The translations under genes were made by a program, and so were the position numbers. A stretch of DNA of 64,000 bases, from NCBI GenBank assembly GCA_964016885.1, contig OZ024764.1, positions 8,308,001 to 8,372,000 of the forward strand. Direction: 5' to 3'. Below the pieces are notes generated by a model. That model saw nothing but the letters and a program-made list of their open reading frames with translations. It searched no databases and was not told the DNA's origin. Source of the stretch: Eledone cirrhosa. Its lineage: Eukaryota. Of the stretch, positions 36,481 to 50,300 are shown one piece after another (the stretch's first letter is position 1; each line of letters opens with the position of its first letter).

Positions 36481-36497
<17 letters not shown>

Positions 36498-36728
36498 TAC
36501 ATATATTTGTTTCTACTTTAGGCACAAGGCCAGCAATTACCCAGTTCATTACTGGTACTTTATTTTATCGACCCCGTAAGGATGAAAGGCAAAGTTAACC
36601 TCGGCGGGATTTGAACTCAGATCGTAAAGGGATATATATATATATACATATATTGGGATATATATATATATATACATATATTGATATTCATATACACACA
36701 TATATATAATATATACCAACACACACAA

Positions 36729-36761
<33 letters not shown>

Positions 36762-36779
36762 CACACATATAGGCATTTA

Positions 36780-36823
<44 letters not shown>

Positions 36824-37286
36824 TTGATATTTATATACACACATACATATAATATATACCAACACACACAAAAACACACACACACACATATATATACACA
36901 CACATAGGCATTTATATATATATAGACATTTATACCAACACACACGAACATCAAAGTGTATGAGACAATAAAGATGTCTGACTACAAGGGTGAACCCCAT
37001 CCAATACCCTTATCCCACCCGGAAACTACTTCCCCGCATAACACCAGCCGATAGCAACCAACCCATTTTCAAACAAACCCACCTCCGCCGTCTTTTTAAA
37101 TAACCACATCACCCCCATGCTGCTATTATATAAACCTAGAAATCCAAAGTATGTTTTGCCTGTTTTGTTGTAAAACAAGACTTCCACAACACAGAATTTA
37201 ATTTATGTTAATACACCATTTCTATTTGTTTGTTTGTTTGTTTGTTTGTTTTTGTGTGTGTTTTGTGTGTGTGTTTTGTGTGTGTG

Positions 37287-37329
<43 letters not shown>

Positions 37330-37462
37330 GTGTGTGTGTGTGTGTGTGTGCGCGTGCGTGCGCGTGCGTGTGTGTGTGTATGTGTGTATGTGTGTATTTG
37401 TATATTTGCTTATATATATATATATATGTGTGTGTATGTGTGTCTCTGAGTGCGTATTTATA

Positions 37463-37600
<138 letters not shown>

Positions 37601-37601
37601 C

Positions 37602-37634
37602 CTTGGCCTTAACTGCCTCATCTATATATATATG

Positions 37635-37676
<42 letters not shown>

Positions 37677-37790
37677 GAAAAGAAATTGAAAATGAAATTG
37701 AAGAATATTTACTTACTTGCTTTACCGGTATATATATACCGGTAAAGCAAGTAAGTAAATATTCTTCAATTTCATTTTCAATTTCTTTTC

Positions 37791-37836
<46 letters not shown>

Positions 37837-37869
37837 CATATATATATAGATGAGGCAGTTAAGGCCAAG
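37602..37869. repeat. ~268-bp near-perfect palindrome
   Basis: Centre ccgg(ta)5ccgg. The arms appear to differ only in TA-run length. Confidence 0.92.
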
Positions 37870-40170
37870 AGACAGGCATGGAAAGAATGGAAGAACGGGG
37901 GGAGCAGGGTACATTACATAGAGACCAAGAAGGAAGCTAGGCGACAAGTTTACTTAGCTAGGAGGGAAGCAGAGGATAGAAAATTCAAGCATGTCTTGCA
38001 ACGTGAGGACCAGAAACAGGAGGTATTCAAGATTGCGAGGCAGTGTGTCAGAGAGAATTGTGATATCATTGGAGAGAAGTGTATCCGGAATGATGAAGGT
38101 GAGCTTGCCCTCACAAGTGCTGAGAAGAAAGATGCATGGAAGAGTCATTATGATAGATTACTAAATGAGGAGAATGCATGGGAAGAAGAGACCCTACCCC
38201 AAGTAGACCCTATAGAGGGGCCAGCAATACAAGTCAGCAGCAGCGTAGTAAGTAAGGCAATCAAAGATATGAAGATGGGGAAGGCAACCGGTCCATCGGG
38301 TATAGCTGCCGAGATGCTGAAGACATCTGGGTCTGTAGGTCACACTATAACCACACGTATTGTTAACCAGGTAATACTAGAAGGTGTCATACCAAAAGAT
38401 TGGTGCAGTAGCATCATTGTCAACTGCTACAAAGGTAAAGGTGATGCACTAGATATAAAGCTGATGGACAAGGTCATGAAAGTAACAGAAAGAGTTATAG
38501 CACAGTTGATGAGGGACCGGGTGAAACTAGACGAGATGCAATTTGGGTTTGTACCAGGAAGAGGCACCACTGATGCCCTCTTCCTTGTCAGGCAGTTACA
38601 GGAAAAGTACCTAGCTAAAAGTAAGCCACTCTACCTGGCATTTGTTGACCTTGAGAAAGCCTTTGACAGAGTTCCACGTGCTGTAATGTGGTGGGCTCTT
38701 AGAAAACTAGGAGTAGATGAATGGCTTGTGAAAGCGGTACAAGCCATGTATAGGGGAGCAGTCAGCAAAGTTATGATTAGCAATGAGTATAGCGAGGAAT
38801 TTAGCGTACAGGTTGGGGTCCACCAGGGCTCTGTTCTTAGCCCCCTCCTGTTCATCATAGTCCTGCAGGCAATAATGGAGGAGTTTAAGACCGGATGCCC
38901 ATGGGAACTCCTGTATGCTGATGACCTCGCACTTATAGCTGAATCTATGGTAGAACTAGAGAAGAAATTCCAAACTTGGAAGCAGGGACTAGAAAGAAAG
39001 GGTCTCAAAGTCAACATGACAAAGACTAAGGTCCTTGTAAGTAGACGAGAAAACAGAACCCAGATCCCCTCAGGGAAATGGCCTTGCTCAGTATGTAGGA
39101 AAGGTGTAGGTAGGAACTCCATTCTCTGCCCCAAATGCAAACAATGGGTACACAAGAGATGTAGCGGGTTCTCAGGAAGCTTAATTAAGAATGTAGGCTT
39201 CACATGCAGTAGCTGTGCTGGGACAGCAAGCAGCAAACAGCCACAGGAAACAAGTACCACCAATCTCTGGGAGGGCTCTGTCGAAACAGTAGACAGCTTC
39301 TGCTACCTAGGTGACCGAATTAGCAGCAGAAGTGGGTGTTCAGAAAGTACAATAACTCGGGTAAGAACGGGATGGAAGAAGTTTAGGGAACTACTACCAC
39401 TGCTAGCTGCAAAAGGCTTCTCCCTCAAAATGAAAAGCAGACTGTATGATGCGTGTATCCGAACGGCGATGTTGCATGGTAGTGAGACCTGGGCGCTGAA
39501 GGTGGAAGACTTACGTAGATTAGAGAGAAATGAAGCCTGCATGCTCCGATGGATGTGTAATAGTAATATACGCGAACGGCAAAGCATAAATGAATTGAGA
39601 GAGACTCTGAGCATAAGAGGAATCAAATGCTGTGTGCAGGAGAGGCGGTTGCGTTGGTATGGACATGTGATGTGTATGAAGGATGACAGCTGCATAAAAA
39701 GGTGCAGAGCACTAAAGTCGATGGAAACCGCGGAGTGGGGAGACCCAAGATGACCTGGGATGAGGTGATAAAAGCCGACCTTACCCAATTACACCTCTCA
39801 AAGGCGATGACACATGACCGTGACCTCTGGCGTCCCGCAGTAATACAGAGTACCCGACCTCCCATGGGTACAAGCTGAAGCATATAGACAATATGCCCCC
39901 ACACCCCTCACTGCAATGTGGTCGTGGAGGTGCCATGGCAAAAAAGCACCCAGCCCACACTGTAAAGTGGACGTGTAGGCGCCACGGAAAAAAAAGCACC
40001 CAGCACTCACTGTAAATGAGGTTGGTGTTAGGAAGGGCATCCAGCTGTAGAAATCAAGCCAAATCAGTTCCTGTATGAGCAGACACTGCCCACAACAGGA
40101 CAACCCGTCTAACCCATGCTAGCGTGGAAGAACGGACGTAAAACGGTGATGATGATGATGATGATGATAT
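37849..40170 (+). mobile_element. 5'-truncated RTE-like LINE; RT with an inserted PHD-like Cys/His finger
   Basis: QFGF..GRGTTDA, FVDLEKAFD, GVHQGSVLSP, YADD, CSVC..CPKC..HKRC..CSSC and RLRWYGHV motifs. The 3' tail is shared with SINE family A. Confidence 0.93.
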
Positions 40171-40819
40171 ATATATATATATATATATGGTGGCTGCCAA
40201 CTCGTTTTCGAGTATGGCCACTACTTTATATCCATGTAGGAGAACCCCTACCGATGCGCTGAACGGGTGTGGCTTTTTAGTCCAGCCAGCAACTTGAAAA
40301 CTCTGGTACAAACACTACACTTGTGACAATTACTGACACAGTGCTGGGCCCATGGTACCATGTGACGCCAAGTGCAGAGAGATCTCCAGATATAAAGCAA
40401 TGCCTGTGCCGTGTAGCTTTTATAGTGAGCAAAGGCACTGCACAAAGCCATTCCCACTCACTTAACCAAGATGATATTTACCAAAAAGAAGAACAAGTCA
40501 ACATCATGTTATATCAGAGTTTTCCTTCTCCTAGAATTCTGCCTTGACAAAGGCTAAGGGGTAATCTCTCCCGGTGATTTTGGATGGCCATTGACTCTTA
40601 AGAGCTCCTTTGCCCTTTGACAGGTTTTGTTTTTAGTCCTGCAGGATGTTCAAAGTTACCCTCCTCACCAAGAAACCTTGGTGGGGTTGCCAGTTTAGTC
40701 GCCAACGACCCGACCATGAGACAGGTTGTACTGGGATACATGTTACCAGTAGCACCAGCTGGTGACCTGACAGGTGTATATATATATATATATATATATA
40801 TACATACATACACACATAT

Positions 40820-41820
40820 ATATTGGTGGAACTGGGGAGTGGGGGCAGAGGTGATGGTTCCCCCCAATAATTATATTTTTCTCACCAAACAACCAAAACA
40901 CACATCTATTTGTAAATATACTACATTTTATGTACATGTTATGTGTATTGCATATTAAAGTTTTTTTTTTTCATGTCTCGGTTGATATTTAAAAATAACA
41001 TCTAAACTAATCACTACAACTAAATTGTCCCCCCCCCCCTACACTCACCAATTTAGAAATGCTTCCACCGCCTCTGTACATATATATATACATATATATA
41101 TATGTGTGTATGTATGTCATCATCATCATCATCATCAGGTTTAGCGTCCGTGTTCCACGCTTGCATGGGTTTGGACGGGGGTTTTCCCACTTGAGGCAAG
41201 AGTGGTTGTCTTGCTCGCATAGGACTGTCTGGCGGGTTTTCTACAGTTGGATGCCCTTCCTAACACCAACCACATTTACAGTGTGGGTCTGGGAGGTTTT
41301 TACCGTGTTGCCTACACAGCCACATTACAGCGTGGACTGTCTGGCGGGTTTTCTACAGTTGGATGCCCTTCCTAACACCAACCACATTTACAGTGTGGGG
41401 CTGGGAGGTTTTTACCGTGTTGCCTACACAGCCATATTACAGCGTGGACTGTCTGGCGGGTTTTCTACAGTTGGATGCCCTTCCTAACACCAACCACATT
41501 TACAGTGTGGGGCTGGGAGGTTTTTACCGTGTTGCCTACACAGCCACATTACAGCGTGGACTGTCTGGCGGGTTTTCTACAGTTGGATGCCCTTCCTAAC
41601 ACCAACCACATTTACAGTGTGGGGCTGGGAGGTTTTTACCGTGTTGCCTACACGGCCACATTACAGCGTGGACTGTCTGGCGGTTTTCTACAGCTGGATG
41701 CCCTTCCTAACACCAACCACATTTACAGTGTGGGGCTGGGAGGTTTTTACCGTGTTGCCTACACGGCCACATTTACAGCGTGGACTGTGTGTTTTTTGTC
41801 GTGACACCTACATGATCTCG

Positions 41821-41851
<31 letters not shown>

Positions 41852-41859
41852 ATGTATGT

Positions 41860-41893
<34 letters not shown>

Positions 41894-42205
41894 ATGTATG
41901 TATATATATATATATATGTGTGTATGTATGTATATATATATATATATGTACAGAGGCAGTGGAAGCATTTCTGAATTGGTGAGTGTGGGGGGGGGGGGGG
42001 ACAATTTAGTTGTAGTGATTAGTTTAGATGTTATTTTTAAATATCAACCGAGACATAAAAAAAAAACAACTTTAATATGCAATACACATAACATGTATAT
42101 AAAATGTAGTATATTTACAAATAGATGTGTGTTTTGGTTGTTTGGTGAGAAAAATATAATTATTGGATCACCTCTGCCTTCACCTCCCCATTTCCACCAA
42201 CCCTA
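40820..42205. repeat. Two inverted ~260-bp MITE-like copies (40820-41080, 41947-42205) flanking a 112-bp array
   Basis: The arms are near reverse complements, with termini cagaggc(g/a)gtggaa / ttccacc. Confidence 0.8.
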
Positions 42206-42322
42206 TATATATATAGACATATATATATACATACACACACACACATATATATCATCACCATCGTTTAACGTCCATCTTCCACTCTAGCATGGGTTAGACT
42301 ATATATATATATGGGTTAGACT

Positions 42323-42361
<39 letters not shown>

Positions 42362-42366
<5 letters not shown>

Positions 42367-43500
42367 AACAGAAAGAGTTATAGCACAGTTGATGAGGGAC
42401 CGGGTGAAACTAGATAAGATGCAATTTGGGTTTGTGCCAGGAAAAGGCACCACTGATGCCCTCTTCCTTGTGAGGCAGTTACAGGAAAAGTACCTAGCTA
42501 AAAGTAAGCCGCTCTACCTGGCATTCGTCGATCTCGAGAAAGCCTTTGACAGAGTTCCCCGTGCTATAATCTGGTGGGCTTATTAGAAAACTAGGAGTAG
42601 ATGAATGACTTGTGAAAGCTGTACAAGCCATGTATAGGGGAGCAGTCAGCAAAGTTAGGATTAGCAATGACTATAGCGAGGAATTTAGCATACAGGTCGA
42701 TCTCCACCAGGGCTCTGTTCTTAGCCCTCTCCTGTTCATCATAGTCCTGCAGGCAATAACGGAGGAGTTTAAGACCGGATACCCATGGGAACTCCTGTAT
42801 GCTGATGACCTCGCACTTATAGCTGAATCTATGGTAGAACTAGAGAAGAAATTCCAAACTTGGAAGCAAGGACTAGAAAGAAAGGGTCTCAAAGTCAACC
42901 TGACAAAGACTAAGGTCCTTGTAAGCAGACGAGAAAACAGAACCCAGATGCCCTCAGGGAAATGGCCTTGCTCAGTACGTAGGAAAGGTGTAGGTAGGAA
43001 CTCCATTCTCTGCCGCAAATGTAAACAATGGGTACACAAGAGATGTAGCGGGATCTCAGGAAGCTTAACTAAGAATGTAGGCTTCACATGTAGCAGCTGT
43101 GCTGGGACAGCAAGCAGCAAACAAGAAACGAATACCACCAAACTCTGAGAGTGCTCTGTAGAAACAGTAGACAGCTTCTGCTATGGATGTTCGGAAAGTA
43201 CAAAAACTAGGGTAAGAACGGGATGGAAGAAGTTCAGGGAGCTACTGCCACTGCTAGCTGCAAAAGGCTTTTCCCTCAAAATGAAAGGCAGACTGTATGA
43301 TGCGTGTATCCGAACAGCAATGTTACATGATAGTGAGACCCGGGCGCTGAATGTGGAAGACTTGCGTAGATGGATGTGTAATAGTAATATACGTGAACGG
43401 CAAAGCATAAACGAATTGAGAGAGAGACTGACAAGTGGGACAACTCCCGTCTAACCCATGCTAGCGTGGAAGATGGACATTAAACGATGATGATGATGAT
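42362..43500 (+). mobile_element. Degenerate second copy of the RTE-like LINE
   Basis: Highly similar to 38480-39610, with a frameshift, stops and deletions. Confidence 0.9.
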
Positions 43501-43577
43501 ATATATAAAATATGAGAAATATTTATTGCGTACACACGTTTTCAGATAAGAAATCTTGCAAAACAAATTAAAAAATG

Positions 43578-43633
<56 letters not shown>

Positions 43634-44546
43634 GTTAGAGCATTGGCCTTGCAATCGAAAAGTTGTGAGTTCAATTCTTAGACCGGGTAAGGTGTTGTTT
43701 CCTTGAGCAAGACACTTTATTTCACATTGCTCCAGTTTACTCAGCTGTAGAAATGAGATGATAGGGACTGGGGTCCCTATCATTCCACTGCAAAGTCGTC
43801 GTCGAGGAGCCACGGCAAACAAGCACCCAGCCCACACTGTAAAGTGGTCGTGGAGGCGCCATGGAAAAAAAGCACCCAGCACTCACTGTAAATGAGGTTG
43901 GTGTTAGGAAGGGCATCCAGCTGTAGAAATCAAGCCAGAATCAGTTCCCATCTCACCCTTGCAAGCAGGGAAAAGCGGACGTAAAATGAAATGATGATGA
44001 AAATGATGATGATATATATATATATATATATATTTCATTTTTTAATTTGTTTTGCAAGATTTCTTATCTTAAAACATGTGTTGAAACAGATATTGTTATA
44101 CTTTGGGAGGGTCCTGCTGTCAATAAAAACACACACACACACCTGTTGGTTTTCATTTCAATCTATTATAAATTTCCAGTTTCGAGGCCGAAACAAATGA
44201 GATCGTGTAGGTGTCACGACAAAAAAACACACAGTCCACGCTGTAATGTGGCCGTGTAGGCAACACGGTAAAAACCTCCCAGACCCACACTGTAAATGTG
44301 GTTGGTGTTAGGAAGGGCATCCAGCTGTAGAAAACCCGCCAGACAGTCCACGCTGTAATGTGGCCGTGTAGGCAACACGGTAAAAACCTCCCAGACCCAC
44401 ACTGTAAATGTGGTTGGTGTTAGGAAGGGCATCCAACTGTAGAAAACCTGCCAGACAGTCCTATGCGAGCAAGACAATCACTCTTGCCTCAAGTGGGACT
44501 ACCCCCGTCCAAACCCATGCAAGTGTGGAACACGGACGTTAAACGT

Positions 44547-44578
<32 letters not shown>

Positions 44579-45632
44579 GTTCGATAACTGGAAGGTTGTT
44601 CATATATTGTCAAAGCTTTTACCTCACACATTCTGTGAACCTCCACAGTGGCTGATTTCTCATTTTGTGTCTCTCCTTTGTTCTGTCCTACACTATCTTG
44701 TTTTTGTGTGTTGTGTGCTGTCACACTGCCTGACAGTGCTCCTTAGCATACCGTTCCATGTGTTTCCGTCTGTTGATCTCACTTGGACCAAGCCAAACCT
44801 AGCTTTATCCCAATGTACATCCTCCATCCAAGTCCTTTTTGGTGTTCCTGGGCCTCTACTGTCTCCCAGATCGACATTCCAAACCTCCGCTGCTTTGTTG
44901 CTATATCCATTTATAGAAAAAGCTTCAGGAGCAAACCTTGAAGATCCAGATACAACCAGTTTAAATGCTAAAGGGTTAAAAGGGGATACTTTTTCAGATA
45001 GTCATCATATATATTATGTGACAGAACAAAACACTTGCTTGACAGTTTCTTATAAAAATGTTTAGATTTACAGATCAAACCAACCTCTGCCCCTTTTGCT
45101 GTGTTCAGAGTTACTTTTGGGATCAATTGTATTTGGCAAGCTCCCTAATTCTTCAGATATGGCCCCCTTCTGACTTCATGTTGTTTCCAGTTTAACCCTT
45201 TAGCATTTACATTACTCTATATATACTATTGTATTGTCACAGTAAAGGCTTTACCTCACATAATACCTCACATAACATTTACATTACTCTATATATACTA
45301 TTGTATTTTCACAGTAAAGGCTTTACCTCACATAATATCTCACATAACATTTACATTACTCTATATATACTATTGTATTTTCACAGTAAAGGCTTTACCT
45401 CACATAATATCTCACATAACATCTCGTATACGAGAGACGTGTGTTGACGTGTGTGAACAAGCTCGGCTACCGAGTCGGATTTACTTACTCAAAAAGTGAG
45501 TTTTGATTAATTTTTTATACTGTAATATACGTTAACCCCTTGCCTTGGTCGTCAAACTTTGAGTTTATTTATTTTCGCCCCTTTTTGGGGCGAATTTTCC
45601 AGTTAAAAATTTATTACGGCAAACTAATAGAA

Positions 45633-47378
45633 ATGGACGGAATTTTCACATCTCATCCTAACGTGAAAGCCACGCCCCCTAAGAAAGGTGATACAGAGAA
45701 GCTAGAAGCACAAGGCTCTAAGTCTTCCCTCCTCACTTCTGCAAAAGAAACATGGAACACGGAATTAAAAGAAAAATTTGTAGAAATGGGTGAAAACCCA
45801 GAAAGTCACATAAACGCAGACAAAAACATCAACGACAATAACAGCAATAGTCACAACACCAACCAAGGAAAAAATAACGATAACACCAAACAAAGTGAAC
45901 CCACTACTGGTACCTCCTTTGCACAGGCGGTCCGGAAAACACAAACCTGCAAGCAACTGGACATTACAACTCTGAGAGAAAAGATGAAGGAAGCGAAACA
46001 GTATGTAACTTTCAAAGAAGGAGGAGACTTCACAATCACCTCCCCACAAGAAATCAAAAGAGACACGACGCTAAGAACGATATCTTTCAGAACAATTTCC
46101 AACATAACAAGGAAACCAACTCAATTATCCCAAAAAGAGATTGAGCTGGTCCTAAAAAATGTGTGGAGTGATATATCGTTCATACAAAAAGGGCCACTCT
46201 ATGGGAATATAACGGTCCTAATGAAGGATCAATTGACGGCCAGGAAATACTCTGTGGCACCAATTGTTTCCAAGATATATACATTTTTCCCCACATATTT
46301 AGGGAAAAGAACGCAGAAGATAAGGGTCTCCGGAATCCGGCCAAATGCATGCATTTCCTGGGTACTAACAGGATTTTTAGAAGACGAGGACGGAATCCTC
46401 TCAGTAGGAGAAGTCACCACAGACGTTTTCGGCGGTTTGAGCGTGGAGGTTCTGGTCCAAATGAGACCAGAACGAATCGCTAGAATACCACAGAGGGTGT
46501 CCCTCGATGGAGAAACATTTATATATATTTCAGCCGAGGGTAGGAGGCCCATATGTTACTACTGTTCAAGCAGGGGTCATCTAAGGGCTGCTTGTCCTCA
46601 ATTGACAAAAAAAAAGGCTCTTTTGCCTACACCCCACACACCACCACCGCCACCACCACCACCTCCACCACCACCACCACCACCACCACAACAACAACAA
46701 CAAAAACAACAGGGAAAAATAACACAAGACACGGCCCCACCCAAAACAACTCCCAAAACACACACAAATACAACAAAACCCCAAAATACACCACTACCCG
46801 ACAGCACGGACGAGGACCCAGCGGAAACGGCACCTAGTGACGAAGAGGGGGAACCCTTCCAACCTGTAAAAAGGAAAAAAAGAAAGCACCACTCGAACAT
46901 AAACGAAACAAACACACAACCACCAACAAAAACAAAACAAACAGAACAAACAAAATCCGCCCCACCCCAAAACATAACACATACAACAAAACGTAAGCAC
47001 ACACAAGAACAACAAACAAACACAACACAAATAAAACAGTATACATACATTAACACAAATAACAAAGAACTAGTAAAAACAATACACAAAGACCCTTTGG
47101 TGGAAACTGAAGGGCAATTCTTTGCAAGCGCGGCCAACAAACCGCATTTAAAAATGATAAGACTCCCAATGGACACCTATGCAAAACTAAGAGAGAACTT
47201 TCCTGAGGACGTGGGGAAAACATGTACTCGACCCTATAACCGCGTCCTCTTGAAACGTTTCCCCACCCACACCTCACCAAACACCCCCACTCCACCACAG
47301 AACAACACCCCACCAAACAACCCCTCCAATACGCCCATGGATATTGTGCAACCTGCTCCTCAGGAGCCGAACAGGTAG
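45633..47378 (+). CDS. LINE ORF1p (CCHC zinc knuckle, Pro/Gln-rich C-terminal half)
   Basis: First ATG at 45633 and a CYYCSSRGHLRAAC knuckle. Confidence 0.88.
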   Translation: MDGIFTSHPNVKATPPKKGDTEKLEAQGSKSSLLTSAKETWNTELKEKFVEMGENPESHINADKNINDNNSNSHNTNQGKNNDNTKQSEPTTGTSFAQAVRKTQTCKQLDITTLREKMKEAKQYVTFKEGGDFTITSPQEIKRDTTLRTISFRTISNITRKPTQLSQKEIELVLKNVWSDISFIQKGPLYGNITVLMKDQLTARKYSVAPIVSKIYTFFPTYLGKRTQKIRVSGIRPNACISWVLTGFLEDEDGILSVGEVTTDVFGGLSVEVLVQMRPERIARIPQRVSLDGETFIYISAEGRRPICYYCSSRGHLRAACPQLTKKKALLPTPHTPPPPPPPPPPPPPPPPQQQQQKQQGKITQDTAPPKTTPKTHTNTTKPQNTPLPDSTDEDPAETAPSDEEGEPFQPVKRKKRKHHSNINETNTQPPTKTKQTEQTKSAPPQNITHTTKRKHTQEQQTNTTQIKQYTYINTNNKELVKTIHKDPLVETEGQFFASAANKPHLKMIRLPMDTYAKLRENFPEDVGKTCTRPYNRVLLKRFPTHTSPNTPTPPQNNTPPNNPSNTPMDIVQPAPQEPNR

Positions 47379-47399
47379 GTCCTTCCTCTTTTAACCAAC

Positions 47400-50300
47400 A
47401 TGGCTGATATAAGAGTTGGGTTTCTGAATGTACGTGGCCTGGGACTGTCTTGGAAACAAGGCAAACTTTTAAACGATCTCAGGTCACATAGAATGGATGT
47501 AATGGCTATTTGCGAGTCCAGGATCAGCAGCGAGCACCAACTGGCGCCCCTCTTCGACGACTTTGAGATCTTCGCATCTCTCTGTCAACCGGGGGGTGGG
47601 GGTGGAGTTGTCGTTCTGCTGCGAAAACACCTGGGCCTCGCCATACAGAAGGTGCACCTGGACCCGGAGGGTCGACTGGTGGTTTTAGACGTCGGCAGTA
47701 GTGAAAGTGGAGCCCTTAGACTAATAGCTGTGTACGCCCCTTTTTGGGCAGCGCGGCCGGAATACTTCCAACGTCTGGAAACTTTTCTGGGAACGTCCCG
47801 CTCCTTGCTTTTAGTGGGGGACTGGAATGGTATCCTGGATGCACGTTGGGACTATGTAGGGGCATGTGCCAATAGAGGGGGGTGTAAAAGCCTCAAAAGG
47901 TTAATCGGCCGATTTGACCTGGCCGATAGATATCGACTAGATTTTCCGACTGTACCACTATGGACGTGGACCAATCGCAGTGGAACATCTAGGTCGTACC
48001 TAGATAGGGTCCTAGTTAGAGAGAACGATAGGGACACATTTAGCTGTCCAAAAATGTTCATGGTTGACTATTCGGATCACAAGTTAGTGACCTGCATAGC
48101 CAACCTTGATAGAACCCATAGACAGGGACCCGGTTACTGGAAGCTGAACTTGTCCTTACCGAGAAGCAAAGCTTACAGTAAACGGATTAGCACGTTAGTT
48201 AAGCAGAATTTGACAGGGGCAATTGTCAACAACAGGTGGTGGAGCTCTCTTAAGAGAGCAATTAGAATAGAATCGATAGGTTTTAGTCAGGAATTAGCAA
48301 GGGATAGGAACAAGACGGAAAGGGAATTAGTAGATAGAGTAGAAGAGGCGATTAGGAGTGGCAATGTAGCCGGCGTGCTGGCATCAAGAATGGCCTTAGA
48401 CCAGTTCTTTGAGGTGAAGCATGAAGGCTGCGTTGTCAGGAGTAAAATACGTGCTCTGGGTAATGAGGGAGCCAAAGCTGTAAGCTGGGCCCGAGTGACA
48501 GAGGCAAAAAGTGGGAACAAGTCCACGATTCGGTCTTTGAAGGACCAGGATGGGCGTGTGATCCTTGAACCTGGGCAGATGTGTGCGGCCTTTCAGCGGC
48601 GCTTTGCACGACTGTTCGAGAGGGGCGGCGCGCCGGGTGAGACTATGGATTTCAATCCATACCTCGACGGTCTGCCGCGCCTCTCGGACGCGGAGGCGAA
48701 GTCCTGCGAAAGGACGATTTCAGCTGCTGAGATAGGGGCGGCGCTGAGCCAATGCGGCAAACGCAAATCCCCGGGTCTCGATGGTCTACCATACGAGCTA
48801 TATGTAGCGATGCCGGACTTGTTCTCCGATATCCTCGAAGCGGTCTACTGCAACTGGCAGCAGAACGGGAGAATTCCCAGTTCTGTGACCAAGGGCGTAG
48901 TTACGCTGGTGAGGAAGGATGAGAACAAGGGGGATGACATAAGTAACTTCAGGCCCATAACTCTGCTAAATACAGAGTTAAAGATTTTGGCCAAGGTGTT
49001 AGCGAAGAGGTTGGCGCTTGTCGTTGGAAACCTGGTGGGAGAAGCGCAGACATGCGCAATCCCGTCCAGGTCCATTCACGACAATCTCCACCTTATGCGA
49101 TACATCATAGAGAGGGTAGGGAATGAACCCGGCTTTGGTGGGGCCCTGATCAACTTGGATCAATCTAAAGCTTTCGATAGGGTTGACCATCGTTACCTGG
49201 ATGCGGTGCTCGCGGCGGCAGGCTTCGGACCCGTTTTCAGGGGTTGGATTGCTGCGATGCACAGCAGCAACGTCTGCTCAAGGGTCAAGGTGAACGGCCA
49301 CCTCTCGGAGCCGTTCCAAATCATGCGATCCATCCGACAGGGATGCCCTCTCTCCTCCCTACTGTATGTGCTGGCTCTTGAGCCACTACTGCGGAAGTTG
49401 GAGCGGTTGCAGGGCATCCCTTTGGAACCGGGATTGCAGAAAGCGGCGTCGGCCTACGCCGATGACGTGACAGTAATGGTGTCGAAAACCTCGCAAATCG
49501 GTGAGATCGGCACCTTACTGGAGGAATATGAAAGGTTTACAGGAGCCAAGCTGAACCGGGACAAGTCCGTCGGTTTGCAACTCGGAACATGGAGAGGCAA
49601 ACCGATGCCCTCCAACGACGTCGTCGGACGCTGGACGGAGGGCCCGGTGAAGCTGCTTGGGGTCTGGTTCGGACCAGACCTCCAGGTGGAGAAAAACTGG
49701 AACGAGGTAACGGCCAGGGTGTTTGCACTCACCCAGAAGTGGGCCCAGTGCAAACTATCCCTGAAAGGTCGAGCGGAGGTGGCGAATACTTATATAGCAT
49801 CCGTCATCTACTACCGCTTGACCGTCGTGCCTTGCCCAGTGAAAAGACTCGCCAAAATGGAGTGCGCGCTGTTCCAATTTCTTTGGAACAAGCGGACCCC
49901 TTTGGTGAGGAGATCCATCTGCTGTCAACACCCTTCGAAAGGAGGGCTGGGGATGCCGTGGCTACAGATGCGTAAACACGCATTAAGGCTACGGCACCTC
50001 CAGGTATTCCTCACCGGTCAACCGGTGTGGGCCCCGTTTGTGAGGCGAGCCTTTCCCAGACTCGTCTCGCTCACCGAGCTGCAATCCTGGGTCAAGCAAA
50101 GACCGAGAAAAGTGGGCGACTGGCACATTGAATGTGCCCAGGCGCTCACGGCCCTCTGGAAAGCGGACCCGGCAATCAGTGGAGACTCCACCTCGACATT
50201 CTATAGAGGGTTGGTACGCAGCAGGTGCGACGATGCTCTCGGAGAAGCTCTAGGCATGGAGGAAGATGAACTGGCCAGTCTGTTCGGTAGGACGTTTGGC

